Of a DNA stretch of 64,000 nucleotides, positions 38,216 through 49,165 are shown piece by piece. Location of the stretch: the IMG/VR virus record IMGVR_UViG_3300033463_000027, positions 64,001 to 128,000 of that record. One strand, 5' to 3'. Source of the stretch: a virus. Taxonomy: Duplodnaviria; Caudoviricetes. The notes beneath the pieces are model-generated. The model was not told the origin of the DNA, did not search any database, and saw nothing but the letters and a program-made list of their open reading frames with translations. The position numbers were made by a program, and so were the translations under genes. Position 1 is the stretch's first letter; each line of letters starts with the position of its first letter.

Positions 38216-40264
38216 ATGTCGTTTGAAAATTTTAGCAAGGCAGTAAGAGACAATTTTGCAAAGATGTCAAAAGAATCAACGAGACTTTTTACGGTTGATG
38301 TTGACAAAGATGAACTTTGGGAGCTTTATCTTTCCAGTTTTCCCACGGGGAAAAATCCCATCTATCGCGTAAATACAGAACATGATTGCTCTTGTTGTAG
38401 ACACTTCATTAAAAGTGTTGGCAACGTTGTAGCGATTAAGTCAGGTAAGGTTTATTCAATATGGGACGTTGATATAAATGATAAGGCTTATAAAGCGGTA
38501 GCAAATGCGTTGTCAACATATATAAAAAGACACGCCGTAAACAATGTATTTCTTACAAAAGAGACACGTTTAGGTACAATGTTATCTCGTGAAATTGTTG
38601 ATAACAAGGTTATAACATACAATCATTTTTATGTAGACCCGTTAAGTAGAGATATAGTACCTCGTAGTGCATCGGTAGATACAGAACTGAGCCAGTATCG
38701 TGATACAAAGAATGTTTTTAAGAGATCATTGGAAGAGATAAGCTTGGACAGTGTTGAAACTGTTCTTGAACTGATAAAATCTAATACTCTGTATAAAGGT
38801 AATGAGTGGTTAAAAGCTCTTACACAATTTGCCACATACAAGAAAAAATATGATGACTTGGCTGATGATAAACAGCGCGACTTGTACGCATGGGAACATT
38901 CTATCGAAGCAGGAATGGTTATAGGCAGAATAAGAAATCATTCTATTGGAGTTTTACTGACGAATATCTCTAATGGTATGGACTTAGACAATGCTGTAAC
39001 ACAGTATGAAAAGATAGTTGCTCCCAGCAATTACAAAAGACCCAAGGCAATTTTCACTCAAAAAATGCTTGATGAAGCAAAACAAACCATAACTGAACTT
39101 GGTTATCTGGATTCTTTACAGAGAAGATATGCTACGCTTGACGATATAACAGTGAATAATATCTTGTTCTCTAACAAGGATTCATCAAAGAGAATCGGAG
39201 GAGCAGGGGATATATTTTCTGAAATGTCAAAAGAAGTTGTAACTTCAAAGCCTAAGAAATTTGACAGAATTGAAGAAGTATCTGCGGATAACTTTCTTAA
39301 AAACATTGTTCCGAACGCTCATGAAATTGAACTGTATTTTGAAAATAGGTTGACAAGTAATATGGTGTCGTTGATTGCCCCTACCATAAAGGACAGTAAG
39401 TCAATGTTTAAGTGGACTAATAATTTTTCTTGGTCATATACAGGAAATATGACTGATAGTATGATGAAAGAAAGAGTGAAGTCTGCTGGTGGTAAGGTTG
39501 ACGGTGTTCTGAGATTTTCAATTCAGTGGAACGATATAGACACAGGCAAAGATGACAACGATCTTGATGCTCATTGTATTACACCAAAAGGAACAGAAAT
39601 TTATTATTCTCATAAACGCGATAGCATCACTGGCGGCGAGTTGGATATTGACGTTATCCACCCTCAAAATGAAGTTGCTGTTGAGAACATCACATGGGCT
39701 GATAAGAATAAAATGACAGAAGGTGTTTATCGTTTCTTTGTTCACCAATTCACCAACAGAGGTGGCAGAGATGGTTTCCGTGCTGAGATAGAATTTGATG
39801 GTCAGATTTATTCTTTTGATTACAGGAACGAATTAAGACAGAATGAAAAAGTTATGGTTGCGGAAGTAACTTATAAGAATGGTCAGTTTACTATTAAAGA
39901 ACTTCTTCCCTCTTCGTTTAGTTCGCGAGAAGTTTGGGGATTAACTACAAACAATTTCATTCCTGTTTCGGTAATTTGTTTCAGTCCGAATTATTGGGAC
40001 GAGCAGCAGGGAATAGGCAACAAACATATCATGTTTATGCTTAAAGAATGTATCAATCCTGAATCTCCTAACGGATTCTTTAATGAATTTTTGAAAGAAG
40101 AACTTGTTAAACATAAGAGGGTGTTTGAAGCACTTGGTTCTAAGATGAAAGTCGCTGATTCAGATGACCAACTTTCAGGTGTAGGTTTCTGCTTGACAAA
40201 GAGAAATTATGTAGTCGTTAAGGTTAAAGGTAACATTGAAAGAATAATTAAGGTAATGTTTTAA
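38216..40264 (+). CDS. Conserved large-phage protein with YfaP/DUF2135-like (DLDAH..LDID..VENI.W) domain
   Basis: 682 aa; HDCSCCRHF N-terminus; AGGAGG RBS. Confidence 0.7.
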   Translation: MSFENFSKAVRDNFAKMSKESTRLFTVDVDKDELWELYLSSFPTGKNPIYRVNTEHDCSCCRHFIKSVGNVVAIKSGKVYSIWDVDINDKAYKAVANALSTYIKRHAVNNVFLTKETRLGTMLSREIVDNKVITYNHFYVDPLSRDIVPRSASVDTELSQYRDTKNVFKRSLEEISLDSVETVLELIKSNTLYKGNEWLKALTQFATYKKKYDDLADDKQRDLYAWEHSIEAGMVIGRIRNHSIGVLLTNISNGMDLDNAVTQYEKIVAPSNYKRPKAIFTQKMLDEAKQTITELGYLDSLQRRYATLDDITVNNILFSNKDSSKRIGGAGDIFSEMSKEVVTSKPKKFDRIEEVSADNFLKNIVPNAHEIELYFENRLTSNMVSLIAPTIKDSKSMFKWTNNFSWSYTGNMTDSMMKERVKSAGGKVDGVLRFSIQWNDIDTGKDDNDLDAHCITPKGTEIYYSHKRDSITGGELDIDVIHPQNEVAVENITWADKNKMTEGVYRFFVHQFTNRGGRDGFRAEIEFDGQIYSFDYRNELRQNEKVMVAEVTYKNGQFTIKELLPSSFSSREVWGLTTNNFIPVSVICFSPNYWDEQQGIGNKHIMFMLKECINPESPNGFFNEFLKEELVKHKRVFEALGSKMKVADSDDQLSGVGFCLTKRNYVVVKVKGNIERIIKVMF

Positions 40265-40277
40265 GGAGGAAGTTACT

Positions 40278-40649
40278 ATGGATATATTTGAATACGCCGC
40301 AGAAAACAAGTTGCGTTTCCCTTATAAGGGCAGTATTTCAACAGAAGATTTGTATGATCTTGGTGTTGAAGAACTTGACATGATTTTCAAAACATTAAAT
40401 CGTGAGGTTAAGAAAAGTAATGAGGAATCTTTACTTGCAAAGAGATCTGATGCAGATACCAAGCTGAACGTTAAGATTGAAATTATCAAGAAGATTGTTT
40501 CTAAGAAACTTGCTGAGATAGAAGAAAGCAAGAACGCTATTATGAAGAAGCACAAGAATGAAAAGATAATGGAATTGATTGCTCAGAAGCAAGACGAGAA
40601 TCTTAGAAGTCTTTCAATTGATGAGCTGAAAAAGATGTTGGAAGATTGA
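40278..40649 (+). CDS. Conserved coiled-coil phage protein
   Basis: KLRFPYKGSISTEDLYDL. Confidence 0.7.
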   Translation: MDIFEYAAENKLRFPYKGSISTEDLYDLGVEELDMIFKTLNREVKKSNEESLLAKRSDADTKLNVKIEIIKKIVSKKLAEIEESKNAIMKKHKNEKIMELIAQKQDENLRSLSIDELKKMLED

Positions 40650-40832
40650 ATAAATAGCTTGTTAATGCAATGTGTGAAATCCACGACATTATGAGTTACA
40701 GTCTCATATCAGCTTTTAATAAGGGTGAAAGTTTGGTTCGATTCCGGGCTACCAGAAGTGACTGGTGCTGGTCTTACCTTGGAGTATTGCAATATCTCTT
40801 ATTAATGACAGCTCGGAAAGACGAGCATTATC

Positions 40833-40921
40833 GGTAGCGTAGACAAATTGGTTATAGTCGGGGTGGGAACCACCCTCTCCAAAGTACACGGAGTTTGCAA
40901 GTTCGAGCCTTGCCGCTGCCA
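40833..40921 (+). ncRNA. tRNA-like RNA with aberrant anticodon arm
   Basis: GGTAGCG/CGCTGCC acceptor, D and T arms normal, GGGTGG-GAA-CCACCC arm lacking U33, long variable arm. Confidence 0.6.
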
Positions 40922-41046
40922 CTATAACTTTTTACAATCTGCTTTGCAGTTGACATAGATATCCTCAAAAGAAAGGAGTATGGATATTTGCTAATGGTTT
41001 AGTCGTAAAGTGTAAAAAGAATTATTAAATGAAAGGAAGAAATTAA

Positions 41047-42072
41047 ATGGCTGAGATTAAAACTAAACATGGTTTGCAGGAAACAAAAGGATCGTTTCAG
41101 CTTCGCGGTATCGTTAATGGCGTAGACCGCGATAGTTTTTACAAAGAGATAACTACCAAGTCCAACAAGTCTATGAGAATGGTCAACTTCGGTGCAGAGG
41201 TGGATAAGGGTAAGACAATTTATGTTACCATTAATGGTATGGAAAGAGATAAAGTTTATTTCTCTACCAAGCAGAATGACAAAACTGTTGTTGAAGCGGT
41301 TGATTGGGACAAGAGAAAGACCTTTAAAAAGAAGGATTATAACCTGATTGGTATAAGGCTGGGTCTTAAAAAGGTAGTAAATAAAGAAGGCAAGGAAGTT
41401 AATGATAAGCAGACTATGACCGAGTTTGATGCCTGTGAATACATTGATGAGAACTTGACTGATGATGTTGCGGTTTATACCAGAGGTAAGGTCGAGTTTA
41501 GCACCTATAATGACAAGCACTATACCAAGTTTGTTCCCGAACAGATTTCGCTTTGCAAACCCATTGACTTTGAAGATGACGATTTTGAATCGCTTGCTAA
41601 CTTTGAACAGACTATCATTCTGACTGGCGTTACCAAGAATGAAGATGGTACGTTTACTGTTAATGGCAAGGTTGTTACTTATAATACTATTGAGGACGTT
41701 GAATTTTTCATCTCTGAACAGAAACAGAAACTTGCTAAGACATTAAAGAAACTCAATCCCTATACCGCGTTAAAGGTCTTTGGTAATATCGTTGTTGAGC
41801 AGGAAGTTGACACTGTTGAGGACGATGATGACGCATGGGGCGACCCCAACCCTATGAATAGAATATCTAATCCTACGCAGAGGAAGATGTTTATTACAGG
41901 CGCAGACAAAGACAGCCTTGATACTGAACTTTATTCTGAGGAATCAGTCGAAGCTGCAATTGCCAAGCTGAACGCCGATAAGAAGGCAGACAAAGACTTT
42001 GGTTCTTCTGATACTGACGATTGGGGTAGCGTTGGTGATAGTAGTTCAGATGATGACGATGAATGGGATTAA
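41047..42072 (+). CDS. YorF-like putative ssDNA-binding protein
   Basis: Highly acidic C-terminal tail ending DDDDEWD; first gene of the replication module. Confidence 0.6.
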   Translation: MAEIKTKHGLQETKGSFQLRGIVNGVDRDSFYKEITTKSNKSMRMVNFGAEVDKGKTIYVTINGMERDKVYFSTKQNDKTVVEAVDWDKRKTFKKKDYNLIGIRLGLKKVVNKEGKEVNDKQTMTEFDACEYIDENLTDDVAVYTRGKVEFSTYNDKHYTKFVPEQISLCKPIDFEDDDFESLANFEQTIILTGVTKNEDGTFTVNGKVVTYNTIEDVEFFISEQKQKLAKTLKKLNPYTALKVFGNIVVEQEVDTVEDDDDAWGDPNPMNRISNPTQRKMFITGADKDSLDTELYSEESVEAAIAKLNADKKADKDFGSSDTDDWGSVGDSSSDDDDEWD

Positions 42073-42085
42073 GAAGTGATGTTTA

Positions 42086-43111
42086 GTGGTTAAAGTTAAG
42101 AAAGATTTAACTGGTCAAAAGTTTGGTAGGCTTACTGTTATAGGACAGGCAGAGGATTATGTGAATTCGAATACTGGCAAACATTCTGCAAAATGGGAGT
42201 GCCAATGTGAATGTGGAAACACTAAAGTTGTAGTGCGTAATGACTTATGTTCTGGAAAGACACTATCTTGTGGTTGCTTAAATAAAGACATTCTTCATAG
42301 TCGTGCTTCTGCTTTTAGGATTGGTGAAAATTCCTATACCAAATATGGGACTAAAGCTACTATTCTCGATTACAAAAATTCTCATGATGTGCTAATTGAA
42401 TTTGAAGATCGGTTCCATTATCAATATGTAACAAGCTACAAAAACTTTATTAATGGTAATATTATCAATCCTTATGATAAAAATGTTTATGGAGTTGGTT
42501 GCTTTGGTGTTGGAGAATATGATTCTAAAAATGAAGCATATTCTGTATGGTATAATATGATAGAACGCTGCTATAAACAGTCAAGAGGAAAAGCAGATGA
42601 ATCATATATCGGTTGTACAACTTGTGAAGAATGGCACATTTATCAAAATTTTGCAAAATGGTACAATGAAAATTCTTATCCATGTTCTGAAACATTAATG
42701 ATTGATAAAGATTTTATGGGTGTTAAGAATAAAAGATATTCTCCACAAACTTGTATCTTAGTTCCTAAGACTTTAAATTTAGCCTTGATTAATTCTTTAA
42801 GAGAAAAACCAAGAGTAGATGAAAACAGAGATTTACCCATAGGGGTGGAAAAAAATAAGAATAAGTATATATCTCGTATTTCTGTAGGAAGAAATACAAT
42901 TTCACTTGGCTCTTATTCCACCATAGCAGAAGCTAAAATCTCATATCAACAGGCTAAAAAAGAATACTTATTATCTTTAACATTAAAATACAAAGATATA
43001 ATGCCTACCAATCTTTATGAAAAAATAACTAATCAGATCATAACAATTTATAGTTCAAAGGAGAATGATACAGATGGCAACAGCAAGAAAAGCATCAAGT
43101 ACACAGAGTAA
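42086..43111 (+). CDS. HNH-like/AP2-domain homing endonuclease
   Basis: DLTGQKFGRLTV, WECQCECG, WYNMIERCY, IDKD..YSPQTC and a C-terminal AP2-like LGSY motif. Confidence 0.75.
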   Translation: MVKVKKDLTGQKFGRLTVIGQAEDYVNSNTGKHSAKWECQCECGNTKVVVRNDLCSGKTLSCGCLNKDILHSRASAFRIGENSYTKYGTKATILDYKNSHDVLIEFEDRFHYQYVTSYKNFINGNIINPYDKNVYGVGCFGVGEYDSKNEAYSVWYNMIERCYKQSRGKADESYIGCTTCEEWHIYQNFAKWYNENSYPCSETLMIDKDFMGVKNKRYSPQTCILVPKTLNLALINSLREKPRVDENRDLPIGVEKNKNKYISRISVGRNTISLGSYSTIAEAKISYQQAKKEYLLSLTLKYKDIMPTNLYEKITNQIITIYSSKENDTDGNSKKSIKYTE

Positions 43112-44252
43112 GTTGGCAATGTTGCTTTATGGTAGTCCTTTTAGTGGCAAGACCACTTTGGCATTACAGTTGGCATATTTTAAGAATCCTGATGGTTCGC
43201 CTTTTAAGATTCTATATATAGATAGCGAGGGTGGTGGTGCAGATGATTATATTCCAGACCTTGAAGCCAATGGGGTAGACCTTGACAATATTTATATTGT
43301 ATATACTCAGAGTTTGGGAGAAGTTCAAGAGCTTATTCGCAAGGCTAAGACTGGTGAAAATTTTCATGAACTTGACGAGCAGGGCAATGAGACAGATAAA
43401 ATAGTTTTAGACGCACAGGGTAAACCATTTAATCCAGATGCTATTATTATTGATGGTACTTCAATACTTAACCTCAGCGCTAAACAATCTCTTGTAGAAT
43501 TTTCTAAGAAAAGAAGTAATGTTCGTGCCAAATCAAAGGGTTTGGTAGGAGAAGAAAGATTGGTTGCTGTTGGTTCAGCATTTTTGGAACTTCGTGACTA
43601 CAATATACTTGCATTTAAGGGTCAGAATTTAATATTAGACCTTATGGGTTGTGGTAAACATTTTGTTATAACTGCAAGAGAAACAGATGAAAAGGTTTCT
43701 GTTAAACAGAATGATGGTAGTGTTACAAGTGTAGCCACTGGAAACAAGATAGCCGAGGGTTTTAAAGGACTTGACTATAATGTTAAGACTGTAATTAGAA
43801 TGTTCCGCGATGAAGATGGTCAGGTTTGCGCTCATGTACAAAAGGATAGAACACATATTCATGATGATAACGTCATAATCGACGATCCTTCTTTGATTGA
43901 TTGGCAGGAAGTAATTGACAAAACTGCAAAAAATAAAGCATTTGTAGTTAAGAATAGCCTTGTACAGTCAGTAGAAAAGGAACAGGATATTTATGAGCGT
44001 GAGGTTCTTGGTCGTGAGGGAAAACCCATTGATACTATAACCGATGAATCCGATGAGTTAATTTCCAATAATACGGTCTCTACTATAATTGACGAGATCA
44101 ATTCTAAGATGAAATCTTTCAGCGTTACAAATAAGAACGTAGCTAAGAAGGCTCTTGAAGATAAAGGACTTCCTGCCAGTCCGAAGGCAATAAAGGCAGA
44201 GACTTCCGAGGACACTCTTAAACAGGTTCTTGAAGTGCTTAATAACGTATAA
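43074..44252 (+). CDS. AAA_24/Sak4-like ATPase (YorG-like)
   Basis: Walker A GSPFSGKT, YIDSEGG, IIIDG. Confidence 0.8.
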   Translation: MATARKASSTQSKLAMLLYGSPFSGKTTLALQLAYFKNPDGSPFKILYIDSEGGGADDYIPDLEANGVDLDNIYIVYTQSLGEVQELIRKAKTGENFHELDEQGNETDKIVLDAQGKPFNPDAIIIDGTSILNLSAKQSLVEFSKKRSNVRAKSKGLVGEERLVAVGSAFLELRDYNILAFKGQNLILDLMGCGKHFVITARETDEKVSVKQNDGSVTSVATGNKIAEGFKGLDYNVKTVIRMFRDEDGQVCAHVQKDRTHIHDDNVIIDDPSLIDWQEVIDKTAKNKAFVVKNSLVQSVEKEQDIYEREVLGREGKPIDTITDESDELISNNTVSTIIDEINSKMKSFSVTNKNVAKKALEDKGLPASPKAIKAETSEDTLKQVLEVLNNV

Positions 44253-44337
44253 AAAGAGAATAAAGGGGTTACAACTTAATACGATAAAGGTTGTGACCCC
44301 TTATTTTTTTTATTCTTTTTACAAGGCGGTGAGCAAT

Positions 44338-44868
44338 ATGCCCAAAGCAAATTCAAATACAAAACCAAAAGCTGCAAAAGCACCAAAGGTTAATCAGAAA
44401 ACATTAACCGATTGGATTTATAAAACTTATGATGTAGACCAATTACCCAAACATTTTTTCATGCACATTGCATCAATTAAAAAGGGCAAGTATAAAGGGC
44501 AGAGACAGCCGATTTCGGTTGCTGATTTATTGGATATGTGGCAGAGGTCAATGCCAAAATTAGAAAAAATTTATGCACAAAACTGTAGTCGTGGCAAAGT
44601 GATGGAAGGTTATGCGAGAATAAGTTATGATCTTTCAATAGTAATGTCAAGACATAGTAGCTATTTGGCGTGGAAGTTGGAACAAGAAGCCAAACGCAAA
44701 GAGGAAGAAAGCAAAGCTGATAGGACTGACTACGCTAAGGCGTATGAGCAAATAGAAGAAAATCGTCAAATCAACAATGACACTCCTTCACAGCATAAAG
44801 TCTTATACAAATCTGGTATTGAAGATATATCAGAAGTTCTTGATGAAATGTGGGTGAGTGATGATTGA
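44338..44868 (+). CDS. YorH-like protein upstream of the helicase
   Basis: Position in the module; paralog of the N-terminus of 1499-2299. Confidence 0.55.
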   Translation: MPKANSNTKPKAAKAPKVNQKTLTDWIYKTYDVDQLPKHFFMHIASIKKGKYKGQRQPISVADLLDMWQRSMPKLEKIYAQNCSRGKVMEGYARISYDLSIVMSRHSSYLAWKLEQEAKRKEEESKADRTDYAKAYEQIEENRQINNDTPSQHKVLYKSGIEDISEVLDEMWVSDD

Positions 44869-46394
44869 GTGAAGTAATCGCAAATATAACCAACGAGATA
44901 TTGATGGTTGGAAGTATCTATAAGAATCCCGACTTGCTGATTGAATATGGCGCACATATAAGAAGCAAGTATGACTTTGCTGATGAAGCCACAAAATTCT
45001 TCTACGACAATGCAGAGAATATGTATTATCATCATACCCATACGTTTTCTAAAACAACAATCAATACTTACTTTGCAAGTGATACAAGCAAACTAAATCA
45101 GTTTAAGAAGTTTGGTGGATATAAAACTATTGCAAACTGGATTGAACTTGCAGTAGTTGAGGATATCGACAAAACATTTGATGTCCTCAAAAAATATTCT
45201 TTACTTAGGGAATATCAACGACAAGGATTTAACATAGATCGAATTGTTGAAAACAAACGCTTTGAACAGTTTGATGCCTTAGACATTTATCGCATGGTCA
45301 GAGGTATGGCTGACAGGGTACATACTGTTATCTTAACAAATCAAGAGAGTGAGATTTTAAATGAGAATCTATCGGAAATGGTAAATGAACATTTGATTTC
45401 GCCTGATATGGGAATCTACTTACCCTTTCCAATACTTAATGATTTGTTTCGAGGGGTTAAATACCAAACTATGACTTGTGTTGGTATGCTTTCTAATGCG
45501 GGTAAGTCACGATTTATGTTTAGAATACTTGCCAATCTTGCGCTTGTTAAAAAACAAAAGGTTGGAGTTCTTCTTAATGAGATGACGGTTTCCCGTATGA
45601 AACTTTGTCTGTTGATTTCTGTAATTAATAATGAAGAGTTTAAAGCCCTACATGGTGTAAACATTTCTAAGAAAGAAAAAGAAGTTGCTATGGGTCTTTA
45701 TCGAGATTCAAAAGGTGAGTTTATTTATCGCAAGAAAGATGAATGGGGAGAGTTTTCTGAGACTGTTGAAGAATATCAAACACGTTTAATTAATGAATCT
45801 GAGGAATACAATAATGTAGTCAAGGTTGCTCAGTGGATTGAGAAAGAAACTGAGGGATTAATTTATGCCAAAGATGTTAGTTCTTGTTATGATGATAAAT
45901 CGTTAGAACATGAAATACGCAAACTCAATTTAGTCAATGGCGTTCGTCTATTTTTCTATGATACTCTTAAACAGGATACCTCGGCTATGGGTGATTGGGC
46001 TGCGTTAAAAACAACAGCCACGATGTTGTCTCAGCTCACAAGAGAATTAGATTGTTTTATATATGGCTCTATTCAACTTGTAGATGAAGCAAACTATATA
46101 AAACCTCATGAACTTACTTCAAGCCAAATTGCAGGAGCAAAACAGATTAAACACGTTTTGGATAATCTTCTTTTCTTTAAAGAGATTCAACCAAATGAAA
46201 AAACCAAGTATCAATATTTGCAGCATAACCCCGATTGGGGCGAAGATGTTCCTTGTGATCTGAAAGCTGATAAACGCTATTATCTTTGTACTGTTGACAA
46301 GAACAGAGAAAGCGAGAAAAAGAAAATCATATTTGAGCTTGACCTTAATTTAAACACTTGGGTTGAACTTGGTGAAATGATTCTAAAAAGGTAG
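44865..46394 (+). CDS. Replicative DnaB-like helicase (YorI-like)
   Basis: Walker A GMLSNAGKS, LNEM, FYDTLK, IQL, DKNR. Confidence 0.85.
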   Translation: MSEVIANITNEILMVGSIYKNPDLLIEYGAHIRSKYDFADEATKFFYDNAENMYYHHTHTFSKTTINTYFASDTSKLNQFKKFGGYKTIANWIELAVVEDIDKTFDVLKKYSLLREYQRQGFNIDRIVENKRFEQFDALDIYRMVRGMADRVHTVILTNQESEILNENLSEMVNEHLISPDMGIYLPFPILNDLFRGVKYQTMTCVGMLSNAGKSRFMFRILANLALVKKQKVGVLLNEMTVSRMKLCLLISVINNEEFKALHGVNISKKEKEVAMGLYRDSKGEFIYRKKDEWGEFSETVEEYQTRLINESEEYNNVVKVAQWIEKETEGLIYAKDVSSCYDDKSLEHEIRKLNLVNGVRLFFYDTLKQDTSAMGDWAALKTTATMLSQLTRELDCFIYGSIQLVDEANYIKPHELTSSQIAGAKQIKHVLDNLLFFKEIQPNEKTKYQYLQHNPDWGEDVPCDLKADKRYYLCTVDKNRESEKKKIIFELDLNLNTWVELGEMILKR

Positions 46395-46404
46395 GTGATA
46401 CAAT

Positions 46405-47424
46405 TTGGATATAGAATATGTTAAGAATTACATTCTTGAAAATTCTTTTATCCCTACCATTTTAGAAAAACTTGGTTGCCATCACATAAGGTATTGCGGA
46501 GAGTATTACAAATGTGCAAATCCCGATGGGGATAATAGTGGGGCTATAACAATTTATTGCACCGAGAATCTTACCACAATAGATTACACTCGACAGCTCT
46601 CACAAGACGATAGAACGCATGATATTTTTGACCTTGTTAAATTCTTTGAACAATGCAACTTTTTTCAGGCTTTAAAAACCGTTTGTGAATGGATTGAACT
46701 GGATTATTATGTTGACCCCGAAGCAGAGTTACCTGAGAGCATTAAACTCACACAACTTATTTATAATCTCCAAAAAGAAGATGATGAGATTAACGAGGAT
46801 AAGCCTATTAAACCTATTCCTGAAACAATACTATCTTATTATAAAACCTATGTCAATGATATGTTCCATAATGATAGTATCTCTTATGAGGTTCAAAGAG
46901 AATTTGAGATTGGTTATGATGATTTTTCCAATCGCATTACCATTCCCATTAGAGATGAGATTGGTTCTCTTGTAGGGGTTAAAGGCAGATTGTTTCAAAA
47001 AGAAATTGCAGAGGACGAAATGAAATACCTTTACATTGAGCCATGCAATAGGTCGCAGATACTTTATGGATTACATAAATCCATTCCCTATATTGAACGA
47101 ACTGGTAAAGTGTATGTGTGTGAATCTGAAAAGGGAGTATTACAGTTATGGTCAATGGGGATAAGTAATTGTGTAGCTACCGGGGGTAAGCGTGTAAGCC
47201 GAGTACAGATTGAAAAGCTGACAAGGTTATGCTGTGAGGTAATCTTCTTATTTGATAAGGACGTTAATCGAGAAGAATTAGAATTATTGGCTAATAGGTT
47301 TCTTGATAGCGTACCTTTATATGCTGTTATTGACAACGGTAATATTCTTGATGAAAAAGAAAGTCCCACAGATAATCCCGAAAAATTTCAGCGATTAATT
47401 CAAAACATAGAAAGATTGAGGTAA
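46405..47424 (+). CDS. DNA primase (TOPRIM; YorJ-like)
   Basis: NRITIPIRDE.G.LVGVKGR, LYGL, VCESEK, FDKD. Confidence 0.88.
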   Translation: MDIEYVKNYILENSFIPTILEKLGCHHIRYCGEYYKCANPDGDNSGAITIYCTENLTTIDYTRQLSQDDRTHDIFDLVKFFEQCNFFQALKTVCEWIELDYYVDPEAELPESIKLTQLIYNLQKEDDEINEDKPIKPIPETILSYYKTYVNDMFHNDSISYEVQREFEIGYDDFSNRITIPIRDEIGSLVGVKGRLFQKEIAEDEMKYLYIEPCNRSQILYGLHKSIPYIERTGKVYVCESEKGVLQLWSMGISNCVATGGKRVSRVQIEKLTRLCCEVIFLFDKDVNREELELLANRFLDSVPLYAVIDNGNILDEKESPTDNPEKFQRLIQNIERLR

Positions 47425-47428
47425 ATAT

Positions 47429-49165
47429 ATGAATTTCAAATTGATTGGTAGTAATAACATAGATGATGTAAAAACTACCTTCTTTAATAATAGGAGTATT
47501 CAAGACGTTAAGGGCTATTGTAATTTAGATAGCTCTTGCGTGAACGATCCTCGTAATTTAGATAATATAGACAAAGCAGTACAAACTTTTATCAATGGGT
47601 TGGATAAAGAAATTGCAATCGTTGTTGACTGCGATACTGATGGTGTTATGTCAGCGGCAATGCTGTATAATTACATTAAATTTGCCAAGCCTGATGCTAA
47701 AATTACCTATTTATTGCATGAAGGCAAGCAACATGGACTGTCAGATGACATAAAAATCCCCGATAAAACTGAACTTTTATTGCTACCAGATGCGGGTACA
47801 AATGACGTAAAAAAGTGCAAGCAACTACAAGATATGGGGGTCGAGATTGTTATTCTTGACCATCACATACAAGAAGTTGAAAATTCCTATGCAATCGTGG
47901 TAAACAATCAATGTAGTGAACGCTATACTAATAAAGAATTATGTGGCGCTGGCGTAGTATATCAATTTCTTAGACTTGTAGATGAAGAATTATGGCTTGA
48001 CTACGCCGATACTCTCTTAGACCTGTGTGCTATTGCTAACATAGCTGACGTAATGGATATGCGTTCATTTGAGACAAAGTATTTTGTTGAACGTGGTCTT
48101 TCTCAAATCGTCAACTCAGGACTTGAAGCATTTATAAATGGACAAGGTTATCAAATAAAGGGCAATCCAACAATTCATGATATAGAGTGGTTCGTATCAC
48201 CTTTAATCAATGCAGTCTGCCGAGTGGGTACACAAGAAGATAAAGACATTGTGTTCAAATCATTTATCGGAGATGAATCAGAAGAATACTCTGCCAAAAA
48301 GAAAGACCCCGATACAGGAAAGTTTGTTACCATTCAAGAAAACATTTACGACCATGCTTTTAGAGTGGCAAAGAATTGTAAATCAAGACAGGATTCGGTT
48401 GTTAAAAAATTAATGCCACAAGTAGAACAATGGATAGATACTCATGGAGCTGCGAATAATGCAGTTATCTTTGGCAGACTTCCAAGTGATATTGACAATG
48501 TATATACTGGCTTGGTAGCCATTAAGATTGCCAATGAGTATAGAAAGCCCACCCTTATTTTACGTAAAGAGGGAAATAACTGGAAGGGTTCTGGCAGAAA
48601 CTTTGATAACTGTCCTCTTGAAAACTTTAAGGAATTGCTTGATAAGTCTAAACAGTTTAAGTATGCAGCGGGTCATAATGGTGCGTTTGGTGTCATGATT
48701 GATGGTAATAACGTAGAAACTGCCATAACATATTGTAATGACCAGTGTAAAGATATAGACTTTAGTTCTGTTAAAGTTGATTTTTCGCTTGATTATGAAG
48801 ATTTGGATATAAGATTTATCATAGATGTAGATAAACTCAAAGATTATTTTGGTACAGGGTTGAAAGAACCAATAGTGCATATTCGCAATGTTGCATTAAA
48901 ACGTAATCAAGGTGTTGTCATAGGTAAACAGAGTACAACTTGGAAATTTACTGATGATAATGATATTGTATTCTTAAAGTTTCTTAATCCCGAAGATGAT
49001 CCTGTATTAAAGTTTCTAAATGACGAAGATGAATATGCCGAAGATGCTATTATTATTCAGGATATGATTTGTAAGGTAAGTTTTTCTGAATACAATAAAA
49101 TTCTGTCAGCACAAGTTCAAGTGCTAAGTTATGAGGTTTGGGGGACTGCTTTTAATGTACAGTAG
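47429..49165 (+). CDS. recJ: RecJ-like ssDNA exonuclease (YorK-like)
   Basis: DCDTDG, LPDAG, LDHH, LCGAGV, GSGR, GHNGAFG. Confidence 0.92.
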   Translation: MNFKLIGSNNIDDVKTTFFNNRSIQDVKGYCNLDSSCVNDPRNLDNIDKAVQTFINGLDKEIAIVVDCDTDGVMSAAMLYNYIKFAKPDAKITYLLHEGKQHGLSDDIKIPDKTELLLLPDAGTNDVKKCKQLQDMGVEIVILDHHIQEVENSYAIVVNNQCSERYTNKELCGAGVVYQFLRLVDEELWLDYADTLLDLCAIANIADVMDMRSFETKYFVERGLSQIVNSGLEAFINGQGYQIKGNPTIHDIEWFVSPLINAVCRVGTQEDKDIVFKSFIGDESEEYSAKKKDPDTGKFVTIQENIYDHAFRVAKNCKSRQDSVVKKLMPQVEQWIDTHGAANNAVIFGRLPSDIDNVYTGLVAIKIANEYRKPTLILRKEGNNWKGSGRNFDNCPLENFKELLDKSKQFKYAAGHNGAFGVMIDGNNVETAITYCNDQCKDIDFSSVKVDFSLDYEDLDIRFIIDVDKLKDYFGTGLKEPIVHIRNVALKRNQGVVIGKQSTTWKFTDDNDIVFLKFLNPEDDPVLKFLNDEDEYAEDAIIIQDMICKVSFSEYNKILSAQVQVLSYEVWGTAFNVQ

